DNA of 52,467 nt, from positions 1 through 52,467 of the IMG/VR virus record IMGVR_UViG_3300020042_007840, one strand, 5' to 3'. Each line of letters opens with the position of its first letter. Positions within the stretch are counted from its first letter, which is position 1. This document shows positions 24,721-35,202 of the stretch, in pieces. The position numbers and the translations under genes were made by a program. Source of the stretch: a virus. Its lineage: Duplodnaviria > Caudoviricetes. A model generated the notes under the pieces. That model was given only the letters and a program-made list of their open reading frames with translations. It did no database searches and had not been told where the DNA came from.

Positions 24721-27162
24721 TTATTTGAGGCTCATCAATTCAGCAGCGGTCATGTAACGCAATCCACCTCGACTCAAGACTCGACCATTGTCATCCAACT
24801 GATCGGGGGCCCGAACAGTGATTTTGCCATTGGGGTCCATGGTCCGTGCAAAGCTGCCCCTTAGAAAATTAAACATGGCCTGTTGGCCCTGTGAATCAGC
24901 AGGGATCACAAACGGATCGTTGTCCGTGCCCAAGGGCATGGGACGGGCAATCAAACGGGAAGTGGTTCCGCCAAGCTGCTCCACAACGCCTTGGCGTGAG
25001 TTCAGCAAACCTGCACGGGCCTGATTTAGGCGGGCAGCGGCCAACTGGGGATCAGTGAAAAATGCGGCAGGAGCTATGTCCAACGCCTCGCGGGCCCACT
25101 TCTCTTGCTGAACGGTCAACCGGCCAGAGCGGTCTGCCATAGCCAATGATTTGCCCAAAGATTCCTGGGCCTGCTTAAACTCTTCCACCGATCTTTGGCG
25201 ATCCGTCCACTGTATATTGCCGCCCGGGACAAAGGGCAAAATATAGTTGTTGTACTTGTCAACACCAAAGGCCCTGCCGCCAAAAGCCTTGTTGATGTTC
25301 TTTTGCAAGATGTCAATCTTGTTGATTGAATCATCAAAGTGGCCCACGGTCTCAACCAACTCGCCTCGGCGCTTGGGGTCCTTGACAATCAATGCTTGCG
25401 CAACAGGGCCCGCATCCGTCACAAACGGGTTGTCCGTCTGACGCAACGTGTTGGGGCTGTTCACGATCGACACAAACTCAGGGCTGTTGGCATTGATCAC
25501 AGGCTCATACTCGTTGCCTTGTGCATCTTTGTAATTGATCAAGCCTGCTGGGCCCAAAGTCTGGATCAGGTTGCCTTTGCTCATCTGCTTAATCAATTCA
25601 ACTCTGGCACGGGTGTCCCCGCGCAGAATTTCAAGATTGTACTGAGCAGCCATCTTGTCTTGTAAGTCGATGTCGGTAATAGCACGCTCCAGCGCACCCA
25701 TGTCCACCTTGAGCTGACGATCTCTTGCCTGCGCAACCAAGCCCATAAAGCCTTTTGCCATTGGAGCAAAAGCCTCTGCGACTTGAGAGACAGGAGTGGA
25801 ACCTGGACGGTTGGGAGATGATGCCAAACGCAAGCCTGCATCGGCCAACATCAGGTAGGCATTCATGCGCATGTCTTCGGACGTGTCGCCCAGCAACTCT
25901 TTGAACATCGGGCCGTACTCACCCTGTGCTTCCTTGATTCGCTCAATCTTGGACTTGGCTACTTCCTTGACAAACTGAGGCGCTTTGGGGGCGGCTGCTT
26001 CCCGGCCTTGTTGGGCCTTGAGCTTCTCAGCAATAAAGTCTCCCAACGGGTCATCCGAAGTCGTGGAAACAGGGAAAGCGGAAGCGGCATCCAAAGGGCC
26101 GCTAGAAGGCGCGGCCGGAGGCGGCACTGCTGGTGCTGCTCCCGGTCCGGGGGTGGCGGTCATCTTCCCCGGCATGGGCGAAGAGCCCGGACTCCATGTG
26201 GCTGCCGGGGCAGGAGGATTCCCCTCCGTGGGGATCAGATTGACCAGGGCCTCGCGCCGTGCATCGTCAGCCTTCTCATCTTCGCTCTTTTCCCCGCTAA
26301 ACAGGCGGCCCAGGTATGCACCGGCCGTTCCGCCCAACAGCGCGGGTGCGCCCGGAGTAGGGATTTTCCCTGCTATCGCGGTAGTACGGGGCAGCACATT
26401 GCCCAAATGCTCGGTCAGCGTTGGGTACTTCAAGGTTTGCTCGGCCGTAAAGCGGCCACCGGCACCACGCACGTTTTCAAAGATTGGGCGAAATGTCTGG
26501 GGAAAGCCCTGAGACATGAGCCTGCCGCCAACAGCATTTGCCTGAGTGCCAAGGGTTCCCAGCTTGTCGGCACTGAATTGCGCCAACCGCTGCATGGGGG
26601 TAACAAACGCTCCCAAGGCAGCCGTCATTGGAGGCATGCCATCAGGGGTCGGCGGAGCTTCAGAAGCCCCGCCCTGGGGTAAAGGGCCAGCACCCTCCAT
26701 ACCGGCGGGCATGGCTCCTGGTTGGGGTTGAGGAGGCATTCCGGGCGTTCCGGGCATACCTTCTGGGGCAGCGCCGGGAGGCGGGGGCATCCCCGGCATT
26801 CCTTGTGCCTCAGGCAAACCGCCAATGCCGCCTTGCTGCATCATCGCCATGTGCTCTTGGAGCAGGGCTAACACCTCAGGGGGAGTTTCCTGCGCTGCTT
26901 GCTCACCCACCATCTGGGCAAGTTCCTGATACCGAGCGTCCACGGAGCGTACATCGCCGCGCAGATTGTTCATCAAGATTTCAGGGTTCTGGGGCGTGCG
27001 CTCCATCTGGGACATGCCTTCATCAGGCTCTTCCATGCTCTCCATCCCACTCACTTCGTCCATGTCCTCCATGTCAAAGCCTGCCATGATTCCCGAGTTG
27101 CGGGAATCTTTCGACAGGGGCATTGCGAACATGGCCCGTTTCAGGATTTCTTCTTTCATCAT
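24721..27162 (-). CDS. Internal virion / ejection protein
   Basis: 813 aa, Pro/Met/Gly-rich linkers; synteny. Confidence 0.6.
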   Translation of the reverse strand: MMKEEILKRAMFAMPLSKDSRNSGIMAGFDMEDMDEVSGMESMEEPDEGMSQMERTPQNPEILMNNLRGDVRSVDARYQELAQMVGEQAAQETPPEVLALLQEHMAMMQQGGIGGLPEAQGMPGMPPPPGAAPEGMPGTPGMPPQPQPGAMPAGMEGAGPLPQGGASEAPPTPDGMPPMTAALGAFVTPMQRLAQFSADKLGTLGTQANAVGGRLMSQGFPQTFRPIFENVRGAGGRFTAEQTLKYPTLTEHLGNVLPRTTAIAGKIPTPGAPALLGGTAGAYLGRLFSGEKSEDEKADDARREALVNLIPTEGNPPAPAATWSPGSSPMPGKMTATPGPGAAPAVPPPAAPSSGPLDAASAFPVSTTSDDPLGDFIAEKLKAQQGREAAAPKAPQFVKEVAKSKIERIKEAQGEYGPMFKELLGDTSEDMRMNAYLMLADAGLRLASSPNRPGSTPVSQVAEAFAPMAKGFMGLVAQARDRQLKVDMGALERAITDIDLQDKMAAQYNLEILRGDTRARVELIKQMSKGNLIQTLGPAGLINYKDAQGNEYEPVINANSPEFVSIVNSPNTLRQTDNPFVTDAGPVAQALIVKDPKRRGELVETVGHFDDSINKIDILQKNINKAFGGRAFGVDKYNNYILPFVPGGNIQWTDRQRSVEEFKQAQESLGKSLAMADRSGRLTVQQEKWAREALDIAPAAFFTDPQLAAARLNQARAGLLNSRQGVVEQLGGTTSRLIARPMPLGTDNDPFVIPADSQGQQAMFNFLRGSFARTMDPNGKITVRAPDQLDDNGRVLSRGGLRYMTAAELMSLK

Positions 27163-27168
27163 GATTCC

Positions 27169-28584
27169 TTAGAAGAGCTTTTGAGCAGCGCTGGCCGCGC
27201 CTGCAATACCCAAAGCGGCAGTGCCTGCCCCAGCGATCTGCTGGAACGGGCTGGGAGCCGCTTGGTTTTGCGTGGTAATTGCCATCTGCGTGGACGGTGC
27301 GCCTTTGTAGATGTCGGACTGGAAGGCCAACTGCTGGTAAGGCTGCATGGTCTCTTGCATCTTGGTTGCCCGCAATGCATCGAGTTCGGCTTGGCTTTGA
27401 CGCTGCTGCTGTGCCCCGATGTTGTACAGGAAGTTGACATCGCCTTGGCCCAACTGCTGTGCCGTCTGACCCAAAGCAGCTTGCTGGACACCCAGATTGC
27501 CGCCTTGCGTAGCCAACGAACCGAGGCCCTGGGCCATCTGTTGACCAACCCCAAATTGCTGGCCTGCCAAACTGCCAAGACCTTGTCCCAATTGCTGCTG
27601 CAATTGGGATTGTTGGCCGTAAATGTTGGCCTGTTGGCCGCCAAGCTGACCCATTTGCCCTGCCAATCCGGCCTGCTGACTGGACAAGTTGCCGTACAGG
27701 TTGGCAGCACCTTGGCCCAGTTGAGCTTGTTGCAGGTTCTGCGCGGCCAAGTTCTGGCCCACGTTTGCGATGCCTTGGCCTTGGGCCATTTGGCGTTGTT
27801 GTTGCTGCTCAAAGGCCTGCTGAGCCTGCCCGGAAGCCTGACCATAGCCCTGCTGCAACAGGCTTGCCATGGCTTGGTTCTTGGTCTGTGCCAGACCCCG
27901 CTCCAACTCGGCTCGCTGAACGCCTTCGCGGGAGCCGCCAAAAGCGCCTGCTTTGGTGGCCTGCGCTTGAAGATTTTGACGGGAGATGTCGCCTTGGCGA
28001 TTGATCTCCTCGTTTGCCAACCGCATCACGCTCTCGTTGTACGGATTCATGAAAGCGCTGGCATTTTGCGGGTTGTAGCCCTGAGCAGCACCGGCCAAAG
28101 AACCGATGCCTGCTCCCATCAACTGCTGGCCGGGGGCCACGTTCCCTTGCGCATACTGCGCGGCCATGTCCTGAGCGGTACCCAGCCCTTCCCCAGCACC
28201 TTTGATGTAATTAAAGCCGCTTTGGAGGTTTCCGGCGATCGTGCCCAACTGACCGGCGGGGACCGCTGCCTTGTTGTACATTTCCTGCGCTGCATCAAAC
28301 TGCTTGCGGGTATCGGCTCCGCGCAGTACATCTGCCGCCTCGCCAATGGTTCCACGGCCTGCTTCAAGCGCGTTGTAGCCAGACTCAAGGTACGGGGCAA
28401 ACGCGCCAATGCCTTCCCGGCCTGCTGCAATAGCTTCTTGCTGGTCTTGGGTCATTCCCGAGACTTGATACGGAGCGAGCGTGGGCGGTTTCATGGCCGC
28501 CGCAGCGGCCATTAGGTTCTTTTTGTACGCTTCAATGTCCGGGGCTTCCCGGACATATTGGGTCGTTTCGCTTATATCAGCCAT
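27169..28584 (-). CDS. Gln/Gly/Ala-rich pilot or ejection protein
   Basis: AGAFGGSR motif, Q-rich repeats, C-terminal glycine-zipper-like hydrophobic segment. Confidence 0.65.
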   Translation of the reverse strand: MADISETTQYVREAPDIEAYKKNLMAAAAAMKPPTLAPYQVSGMTQDQQEAIAAGREGIGAFAPYLESGYNALEAGRGTIGEAADVLRGADTRKQFDAAQEMYNKAAVPAGQLGTIAGNLQSGFNYIKGAGEGLGTAQDMAAQYAQGNVAPGQQLMGAGIGSLAGAAQGYNPQNASAFMNPYNESVMRLANEEINRQGDISRQNLQAQATKAGAFGGSREGVQRAELERGLAQTKNQAMASLLQQGYGQASGQAQQAFEQQQQRQMAQGQGIANVGQNLAAQNLQQAQLGQGAANLYGNLSSQQAGLAGQMGQLGGQQANIYGQQSQLQQQLGQGLGSLAGQQFGVGQQMAQGLGSLATQGGNLGVQQAALGQTAQQLGQGDVNFLYNIGAQQQRQSQAELDALRATKMQETMQPYQQLAFQSDIYKGAPSTQMAITTQNQAAPSPFQQIAGAGTAALGIAGAASAAQKLF

Positions 28585-28587
28585 GTT

Positions 28588-31182
28588 TTATCCCCGTGAC
28601 GCATTGCGTTCAAGTTGATGCATAAGGGCGTACATCTTTTTCGCCCCCGCTCTGCGGTTACCTTTGCCCAAAGCCTTTACAGCCTTGGCGGTCATGACAA
28701 ATTCGCCGTCAGAAAGCATTGCAGGGATGGAATCGGAGGTCTCCGTTCCAGGGCCGCTGATATGACCTGTCTTACGGGGATAGTACTTGGATTCGGTCAA
28801 ATTGGCAATCCCGCCCTCGGCTCTTTGCATGGACTTTGCAATGCCAATACGGGGGTCAAAGAACATGCGTTTGCCTCTGGCGGTACCCACCCTTGATGCT
28901 GCCCCTGCCGCCTCTTCCCTGGCACGGGACCGGGCATCGTAGTCCCTTTGAGCACTTGCTACGCGATCTGCACGATCCGCATAAACCCGATTGGCATTTT
29001 CAGCAAAATCCCCAGGCAGCAGCCTTGAGGAAAAAGGATTGCTTGCAAAGGTTTGTGACATTGATACTGGGGCGGGGTTGTTTGCCCCGCTTGAAAATGG
29101 CCCCGTTACTGGTTGGGGAGAAACAACGTTATTGATGGCGTTATTTGCTGATTTAAATTGTTCCACAACAGGCTGCGAAACCGACCTTACCTGATTGAAA
29201 AAATCCGTAAGTCCGCCACCAAACGCATGGATAGGGGGCTGCGTTGCGTAGCCTCCGTCAGCATAGGCGACAGGCGGCATGATGTTGCTGTACATGCTGG
29301 ATGTGTTGTACGGCTGGTAGATTGACTGCCCACCGGTGCGAGAGGTGAAGGTGTTCTGCGGCAACTGGTAGTTGGAGCCGACAACATTGGTTGGGCGCGG
29401 CACATACTCAGGCGTAGGCACCCGAATATCGTCCATGGTGGCCTTGCTGCTAAAGGGCTCGGAGCCGGTAATCTCGCCCCTGTTGTTGTAGATCAAACCA
29501 GGAATGCCCTGAGGTACGTATTTGCCCGGGTTGGCGGCCACTTCGGCACGCTCTTTTGCCAAGCGGTCTTCTATGTCTAACCGAGCAGCGCTGGGAGTGG
29601 TAGGCTGGGCATCAAAGCCGCCCATTACCTTTGTCGCAGCAAGACCGGCAGCGATGCCAGGACCGTAGGTGCGCATGATGCCCGGGGACATCACTTTTGC
29701 AGCGTCCGTAACTGACATGTTGTTTGCAGAAGCGTATTTAGCCACTTCATCCCCAGTAGGACCTGGAGAAAATACTTGGCCTGCGCCCTTCATAAACTGG
29801 TCGTAACCGCCACCTTCGCCGCTAAAACTTCCTTCAGTTCCAGGGAGCATCTGCATGATGCCCTTGCCCATGTTGGCAGCGCCTTCGCCAAGGCCGGGGA
29901 CTTGATACCCGGGAGTGGCCCCACCACTTGTGCCACTTGTAGCACTGGCGCGAACAGGCGGGGTGTACTCGGCAGCGGCTGTCGATAGCTGGGTTTGCTG
30001 CGCCGTCTGCTGAGCTTGTCGTTGAATATCTGCTTGGACCTGCTCCGGGGTCACCGATTGAGGCTGCTGGTTCTGGCTAGGTGCAGGCTCCCCACCAAGC
30101 ACGCCAGTCTTGGCCGCCGTCATGTCGGTGGTAAACCCTTTTTGCGCACCGGTCACAAGACCCGAAACAGCGCCCGCCGTCAAACCACTCTGGATCGACT
30201 CTTGCAGGCTTTGCCCTGTTGCAAGGCCCACGCCTGTGCCAACAATACCTGCGCTGATGGCTGCATTGGCAGCAGCATTGGTCACTGCGCCGCCCACAAA
30301 GTTGGATACCACACCGCCAGGAGCGCCAAAGAAGGCCGTGGCCCCGCCAATGGCAGCACTCTTCAAGATGTCGGAGATGTTGCCGCCGCCAATGGCAGTG
30401 ACCGCACCAGAAGCAACAGCCATGGAGGCTGCCGTACCCAACGCACCGCTCAAGCCAAACGCTGCTGGGCCGATGAGCATTGCCAAGCCCACAGTGGCCG
30501 CAATTCTGCCAATAGGGCTTGCAACCACCTGTTTGGCGACATCGATCACGGCCCGGGCTGGAGCGGTAATTGTGTCGCGGATACTGGACCAAAGGTCATA
30601 TTCTGGCAAACCCGTGTTAGGGTTGATGATGCCCGCACCGCCTTTGGAGCGCAGCATCTTCGCCTCTTTTGGCGTGATGTGGGCCAACATGGTGTCATTA
30701 CCACGGCCCTTGGACATTGTCATCCGGGCAGCTTCTGCAATACCGCCCCGGGCCATCCCCGGGGGAGGGGCCATTGCTTGCTCAGGGGCCTGACTTTGCC
30801 CACGGCGGCGTACATCCACGATTGCCAAAAGCACAACGGACAGGAACTCTGGGTCGTATTCATCAGGGAAGTCCCCCTGCTCAAACTTGCCGTTTGCAAC
30901 AAGGTCAGCAACTTTCTCTTGGTACTCTTCCGGATGATCGTAGAGGTACTGAAAAACCCGCATCAATGCATCGAGCTGATCCGGGGGCAGCGCTTCTAAC
31001 TGAGGGGCTATTTGCGCAAGCGCCTGCTTGTTTGCCAAGGCGGCCTCGGGACTAGCGTTTTCCAGACCCTGAGTGACTACGTCATAGGAATCATCAAGCG
31101 TCATCTGGGGCATTTCGGCCTGAGGACTGGTCATCTGATCGTTCTCAGGCAGCGCCATGATGCCTTGTGGGTTAGTTGCCAT
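28588..31182 (-). CDS. Internal virion protein with membrane-like Gly/Ala segments
   Basis: GRGNDTMLAHI...NPNTGLPE and GPGTETSDSIPAMLSDGEFV motifs. Confidence 0.65.
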   Translation of the reverse strand: MATNPQGIMALPENDQMTSPQAEMPQMTLDDSYDVVTQGLENASPEAALANKQALAQIAPQLEALPPDQLDALMRVFQYLYDHPEEYQEKVADLVANGKFEQGDFPDEYDPEFLSVVLLAIVDVRRRGQSQAPEQAMAPPPGMARGGIAEAARMTMSKGRGNDTMLAHITPKEAKMLRSKGGAGIINPNTGLPEYDLWSSIRDTITAPARAVIDVAKQVVASPIGRIAATVGLAMLIGPAAFGLSGALGTAASMAVASGAVTAIGGGNISDILKSAAIGGATAFFGAPGGVVSNFVGGAVTNAAANAAISAGIVGTGVGLATGQSLQESIQSGLTAGAVSGLVTGAQKGFTTDMTAAKTGVLGGEPAPSQNQQPQSVTPEQVQADIQRQAQQTAQQTQLSTAAAEYTPPVRASATSGTSGGATPGYQVPGLGEGAANMGKGIMQMLPGTEGSFSGEGGGYDQFMKGAGQVFSPGPTGDEVAKYASANNMSVTDAAKVMSPGIMRTYGPGIAAGLAATKVMGGFDAQPTTPSAARLDIEDRLAKERAEVAANPGKYVPQGIPGLIYNNRGEITGSEPFSSKATMDDIRVPTPEYVPRPTNVVGSNYQLPQNTFTSRTGGQSIYQPYNTSSMYSNIMPPVAYADGGYATQPPIHAFGGGLTDFFNQVRSVSQPVVEQFKSANNAINNVVSPQPVTGPFSSGANNPAPVSMSQTFASNPFSSRLLPGDFAENANRVYADRADRVASAQRDYDARSRAREEAAGAASRVGTARGKRMFFDPRIGIAKSMQRAEGGIANLTESKYYPRKTGHISGPGTETSDSIPAMLSDGEFVMTAKAVKALGKGNRRAGAKKMYALMHQLERNASRG

Positions 31183-31220
31183 GGTAATTCCTTGCGCAAA
31201 AGGGGTGGGGGAATCGTATC

Positions 31221-31249
31221 ATTTTAAGACGTGGGAAGGGCGGACACAA
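31221..31249 (-). promoter_or_regulatory. Candidate late promoter
   Basis: TTGTGT-17-TAAAAT; shares TTGTGTCCG with 47181-47209. Confidence 0.45.
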
Positions 31250-31874
31250 ACGAGAGAGTCGCCACAACCGATTGGGTTGATGGCTTTGTGGGTGTGCCAG
31301 ATGCGGCGAGGTGCTGAATACTTACGGCAGTGTTGGGTATGGACCAGTAAATCTCAATGTGATCATCCTCTGCCATGCTCAAAAAATAGTTCCAACCAAC
31401 AATTGTGTGCCCATCTGTTCCAGCGTGTCTGTTGGGGATGGATACAAAGCCCGTTGAACCCGGTATATCTACCCCGTTTTGACGCAGCCAAATGTAGACA
31501 TCCTGAAAGGCGGTGTCGGTGTTTTGGAACTGCGCTGAAAACTGGAGGTTGTATATACCAGCGTTCTCCACCGTGATTTCGGATGAACTGATGCTGACCC
31601 CGTTGGCAAAGTCTGTTGTGTTCAACGTCATCAAAGTAGCTGTGTTGGCCGTGGCGGTTTGATCTACGCCAGATGAAAACGCCCCATAAGGGAAGTTGAT
31701 GAACTTGCCCCCGGTCGGGTCCAATAGGTTCCCAAACGTGCTGTCGATCTGATTGAAGTACAGACGCAAAACGTTGCGGAACTTGTCCTCATCCGACTTC
31801 AGGTATTGGTTGGCGGAGACAGGAAGTGCAGGCGCTCTGAACTTGCGCAGGAACCGGGTAATGATGGATGCCAT
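31224..31874 (-). CDS. Tail-associated protein with beta-sandwich domain
   Basis: AP.LP....Y...LRLYFNQID N-terminus; GIYNLQFSAQ. Confidence 0.65.
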   Translation of the reverse strand: MASIITRFLRKFRAPALPVSANQYLKSDEDKFRNVLRLYFNQIDSTFGNLLDPTGGKFINFPYGAFSSGVDQTATANTATLMTLNTTDFANGVSISSSEITVENAGIYNLQFSAQFQNTDTAFQDVYIWLRQNGVDIPGSTGFVSIPNRHAGTDGHTIVGWNYFLSMAEDDHIEIYWSIPNTAVSIQHLAASGTPTKPSTQSVVATLSFVSALPTS

Positions 31875-33991
31875 CAGCGTCTGCCGTCTATCCGAATGTC
31901 AAGGCGAGGCGAGCCTGCTTGCCATTGAACGCCCAGAGCAGTGGAACGGTACTCCATTGCCATCTGACGACCGCGCACTCGAATGTACACCTGACCCGTA
32001 AATTCCTCAATTGGGACGGATGCCGTACTGACAATGGAGGAGTTGTCGGACCCACCTATTGATGCAGGGACGTTGTACCCAGAGCCAGAGTTCTGCATGG
32101 GCTTCAGATACATCGTGATCTGAGGGCTCACGGCTGTTGAACCAAAGAATTTAATGTCTGGCAATACCCGCCAGACAAAGCCAAAACGGTCTCCATCGTC
32201 CACATCAAACTCGGCAGACGTAATGTAAGACTCAATTGCCACAGCCGTGCTCGTGGTGTTGTCGTCAACCCCGACTTCGTGGTCCACAATGTTTTGGGAA
32301 TAGGTGGCAGCCATTGGATAGTCACTCAAGCCAGAGTCCAGCCACGCTGTACGGGCCAAAGAGCCGTAGTACCAGCACCCTTGGCCCTGGTTTTCCATAT
32401 AATTAAAGATTACATAGCTGTCCACCGTGGTGCTTGTGCCAGAGCAATAGAACCACCAGACTTCGTTGAAGCCTTCGTTTGTTCCCGCAAACACTTGGTC
32501 AAACTGCGACTTGTTGATGTTCTCAAAAACGTACTGCCGCAAATCGCAATTGAGCGTCTTGACCGTGCCGTCATACATGTAGAACTTGTCCACGCCCATC
32601 CAGAAAGTCACGCCCGAAGCTAAAGCTGCTGCGTTTTGGCTGGCGATCGAGATGTTGTCCCCCAGCAGTTGAGAGCCCCAGACATAGGGCGGGCCCAGGT
32701 ACTGAAGCGAATACAGGGAGGAGTCTGTCCACGTCAATATCTCTTGGCGAGTCTGTAAGGCCGTGATGATCTCGGACCCATGGGACAAACGGATGCTACC
32801 TGCTTGGTTGGTTGCGGCGGGGGTCCATTGGGCCACAGATTCCTGATCGGACCAGCGCACCAGCATTGGGTCCTGCGCGGTAGAACCAATGTCATTGGCC
32901 CCAAAGGCAAAGACAAAGCGGCTTGTGTCCGACACCAAAATGAAGTTTTGAATGGTTGGGCAATCTGAGGCCCCGGCCAAGCTGGCAATGTTTATGCCTC
33001 TGACGGATACGGAGTGCACCCCTGACTGAGACACGGTCGTGATAATGTTTGCCCCGCCAAAGGTGGCGGTCAGGTTGCAAGTAGCGCCAGAGGAATTGGC
33101 AACGTAATAGACGGTACCCACAGCCAAGCCCGTGGGCAGCGCACCGGTGGTAGTGAGCTGAATTGCTGTGCCGTTGGGGATGCTGCTCAACGATGCAAAC
33201 GTGACGACCGCAGGGTTTGCAATGGTCACAGTGAAGGTGGAAGAGGCCACACCCAGGTTGGCGTTCCAATAATAGATGGCCCCGACTCGTGGACCATAAA
33301 TCAGGTCCTGCCCAAAGTTGTTCTGGCTCCACAGCCGCAAGGCATCGGATTGGCCCTGGCCGTTGCCCCAGGTACCATATCCCCAAGGACCGGTGCCCCA
33401 GCCCGTCAAAGGAACAGTGAACGATGGACCTGTTGTGAGCTGGTACTGGGCGATGACTGTTCCGCCGTTTCCTGTGTCAGAGGCGTTGGCAGTGGCCGAT
33501 ACCGTGATGGTGTAGGTGTCCACAGTGAGAACGGTGACCTGAAACTCGCCCGTCAAGACGGCTGCCGTGATGTTTCCGCCAAGACTGGTTATACCCGCGC
33601 CACTGAAAGTGACGAAGTCGCCCGTGATGCACCCATGGGCCACGTCTGTGACGGTGATAGTGGTCGAACCGGTGGAGGCAGCAAAGGGGTTCGTGAGCGT
33701 AACTGTCTCACGGATGGGGGTGATGTCGTTGTACACGCCGCCCCGCTCAATGTAGAACTTCAAGTTTGTGCCAACCCCCAGCAGATTCAAACTGCCTAGC
33801 GTTACCCAGTTCCACAGGGAACGGGCGTAGCCCAGGAAGGTAGAGGTGGAGATTTGTTTCCAGCCACCAATCTTCTCTGGCGTGCCCATGCGGAAGCGAA
33901 CCTTGTCGCAGTCATACCACCCGTTCTCATTGGTGTAGCGGGTGTTCTCCTTGTTTACACCGGGCCTGAGTTGAAGTTTTTTGAGTGGCAT
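31874..33991 (-). CDS. Tail nozzle / stabilization protein (tubular protein B-like)
   Basis: 705 aa, beta-rich; VRWSDQE and EVWWFY motifs; synteny. Confidence 0.7.
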   Translation of the reverse strand: MPLKKLQLRPGVNKENTRYTNENGWYDCDKVRFRMGTPEKIGGWKQISTSTFLGYARSLWNWVTLGSLNLLGVGTNLKFYIERGGVYNDITPIRETVTLTNPFAASTGSTTITVTDVAHGCITGDFVTFSGAGITSLGGNITAAVLTGEFQVTVLTVDTYTITVSATANASDTGNGGTVIAQYQLTTGPSFTVPLTGWGTGPWGYGTWGNGQGQSDALRLWSQNNFGQDLIYGPRVGAIYYWNANLGVASSTFTVTIANPAVVTFASLSSIPNGTAIQLTTTGALPTGLAVGTVYYVANSSGATCNLTATFGGANIITTVSQSGVHSVSVRGINIASLAGASDCPTIQNFILVSDTSRFVFAFGANDIGSTAQDPMLVRWSDQESVAQWTPAATNQAGSIRLSHGSEIITALQTRQEILTWTDSSLYSLQYLGPPYVWGSQLLGDNISIASQNAAALASGVTFWMGVDKFYMYDGTVKTLNCDLRQYVFENINKSQFDQVFAGTNEGFNEVWWFYCSGTSTTVDSYVIFNYMENQGQGCWYYGSLARTAWLDSGLSDYPMAATYSQNIVDHEVGVDDNTTSTAVAIESYITSAEFDVDDGDRFGFVWRVLPDIKFFGSTAVSPQITMYLKPMQNSGSGYNVPASIGGSDNSSIVSTASVPIEEFTGQVYIRVRGRQMAMEYRSTALGVQWQAGSPRLDIRIDGRR

Positions 33992-33999
33992 GGTCTACC

Positions 34000-34476
34000 T
34001 TATGACAAGAACATGGCTCGTTCATCGATACGCCGATTTTGCAGCCCTTTGAGTATTTTCCCACCAGCCATGCAATACTTCAATAGTTCTTCCGCAGCAC
34101 CCGCTTTATCGCCCCGAAGCAGCTTTTGACGAAGCGTTGAACGCTGGAGTGTTCCAAGACCGACATTAAAACTAAAGCTAACAAGGCTATCATACATACC
34201 TTGTGTAAGGGGAACGGGGCAGAACTGAGCCACTCCACGCTCAAACCTTGCAAGATCGTTTCTGAGAATCCCATCTACTTCGTCCTTTGAAAACGTGCGG
34301 CTATCTTCTGGGCGAAGCGGATAAGCGCCTCTTTGATCCATTGGTATCTTAGCTTGGTCTGGGTAAAGTACATGTCCAACTCCTATTGTCCAAAGTAGGG
34401 CTGGGCAGCGGTATGGTTTAAACCGAATGCCCTCATGGTGACAGATGACCTTGATGGCCTCTGGGCTAAGATTCAT
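34000..34476 (-). CDS. Endolysin, GH24 lysozyme
   Basis: HEG....PYRCPA..WTIGVGH, FNVG.G and GL.NRR..E. Confidence 0.93.
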   Translation of the reverse strand: MNLSPEAIKVICHHEGIRFKPYRCPALLWTIGVGHVLYPDQAKIPMDQRGAYPLRPEDSRTFSKDEVDGILRNDLARFERGVAQFCPVPLTQGMYDSLVSFSFNVGLGTLQRSTLRQKLLRGDKAGAAEELLKYCMAGGKILKGLQNRRIDERAMFLS

Positions 34477-35194
34477 ATTAACCGAACCCTGCCGCCAGCA
34501 CGATAATCTGTTGGTAATTCAACTGGGGCATCTTGCGCTATTTTTACGTCAGGCTCTTTATACCCCATTGTTTGCTTAATGTACTCTCTTAACGCCTGAT
34601 TTCTTGGGTCTTCAACTGCATACCGCTGTTGCTCAATCCGCTCTGCATACGATTTACCGGCGGGGCTAACCCCATTCCAAGCTTGGTAAAAAGGAACCCC
34701 AAGCCTTTCGGCCAGTTGCTGTTTATCGGCAATGGCGGCGGGGAAGCCTGCCGCATACGGGTCATGCCCCGCTTTAATTAAATTTTTTGCAATTCTCTGA
34801 GCGTCTTTGTTATTTTGGTTATATGCGTTATAACCAAAATTTGAACGGCCCTCAACCAGCGCCATGTTTGCCAAGTCATCAGGATGAAGCGGAGCAATGC
34901 CGTGTTTTGCTATTGCATCTTTATAGGCTTTCAGCAAGTTACCCATTGTTTCTTTGTCATACCCATATTCCTGGGTCTCCATCCGGTCTTTTGCGCCATA
35001 TTTATTCTGCGGGTTGGCCCTTCGTGCGCCCAGATACTGGTCTGGGTTAATTTCTTTTTCGGCAGGCAAATGCACGTTATGAACGCCAAACGGCTTTAGC
35101 CCCCTCTTTTCTGGATCAAGAAGCTTTATAAACTGCTCATACTCAGAAGAATCTGGCCTGTAGTAACCGCCTTGAATTTTGCGTTTGTCTGCCA
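34473..35194 (-). CDS. Hypothetical protein with C-terminal YRAGG motif
   Basis: ORF between the holin-like gene and the endolysin; ALVEG...WNG may be a lysozyme-like fold (uncertain). Confidence 0.7.
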
Positions 35195-35202
35195 TCTTGG
35201 TC

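Noticed and set aside
26899-28515. 538-aa Leu-rich plus-strand ORF
   Set aside because: Antisense mirror of the Gln-rich gene, since CAG/CAA codons read as CTG/TTG
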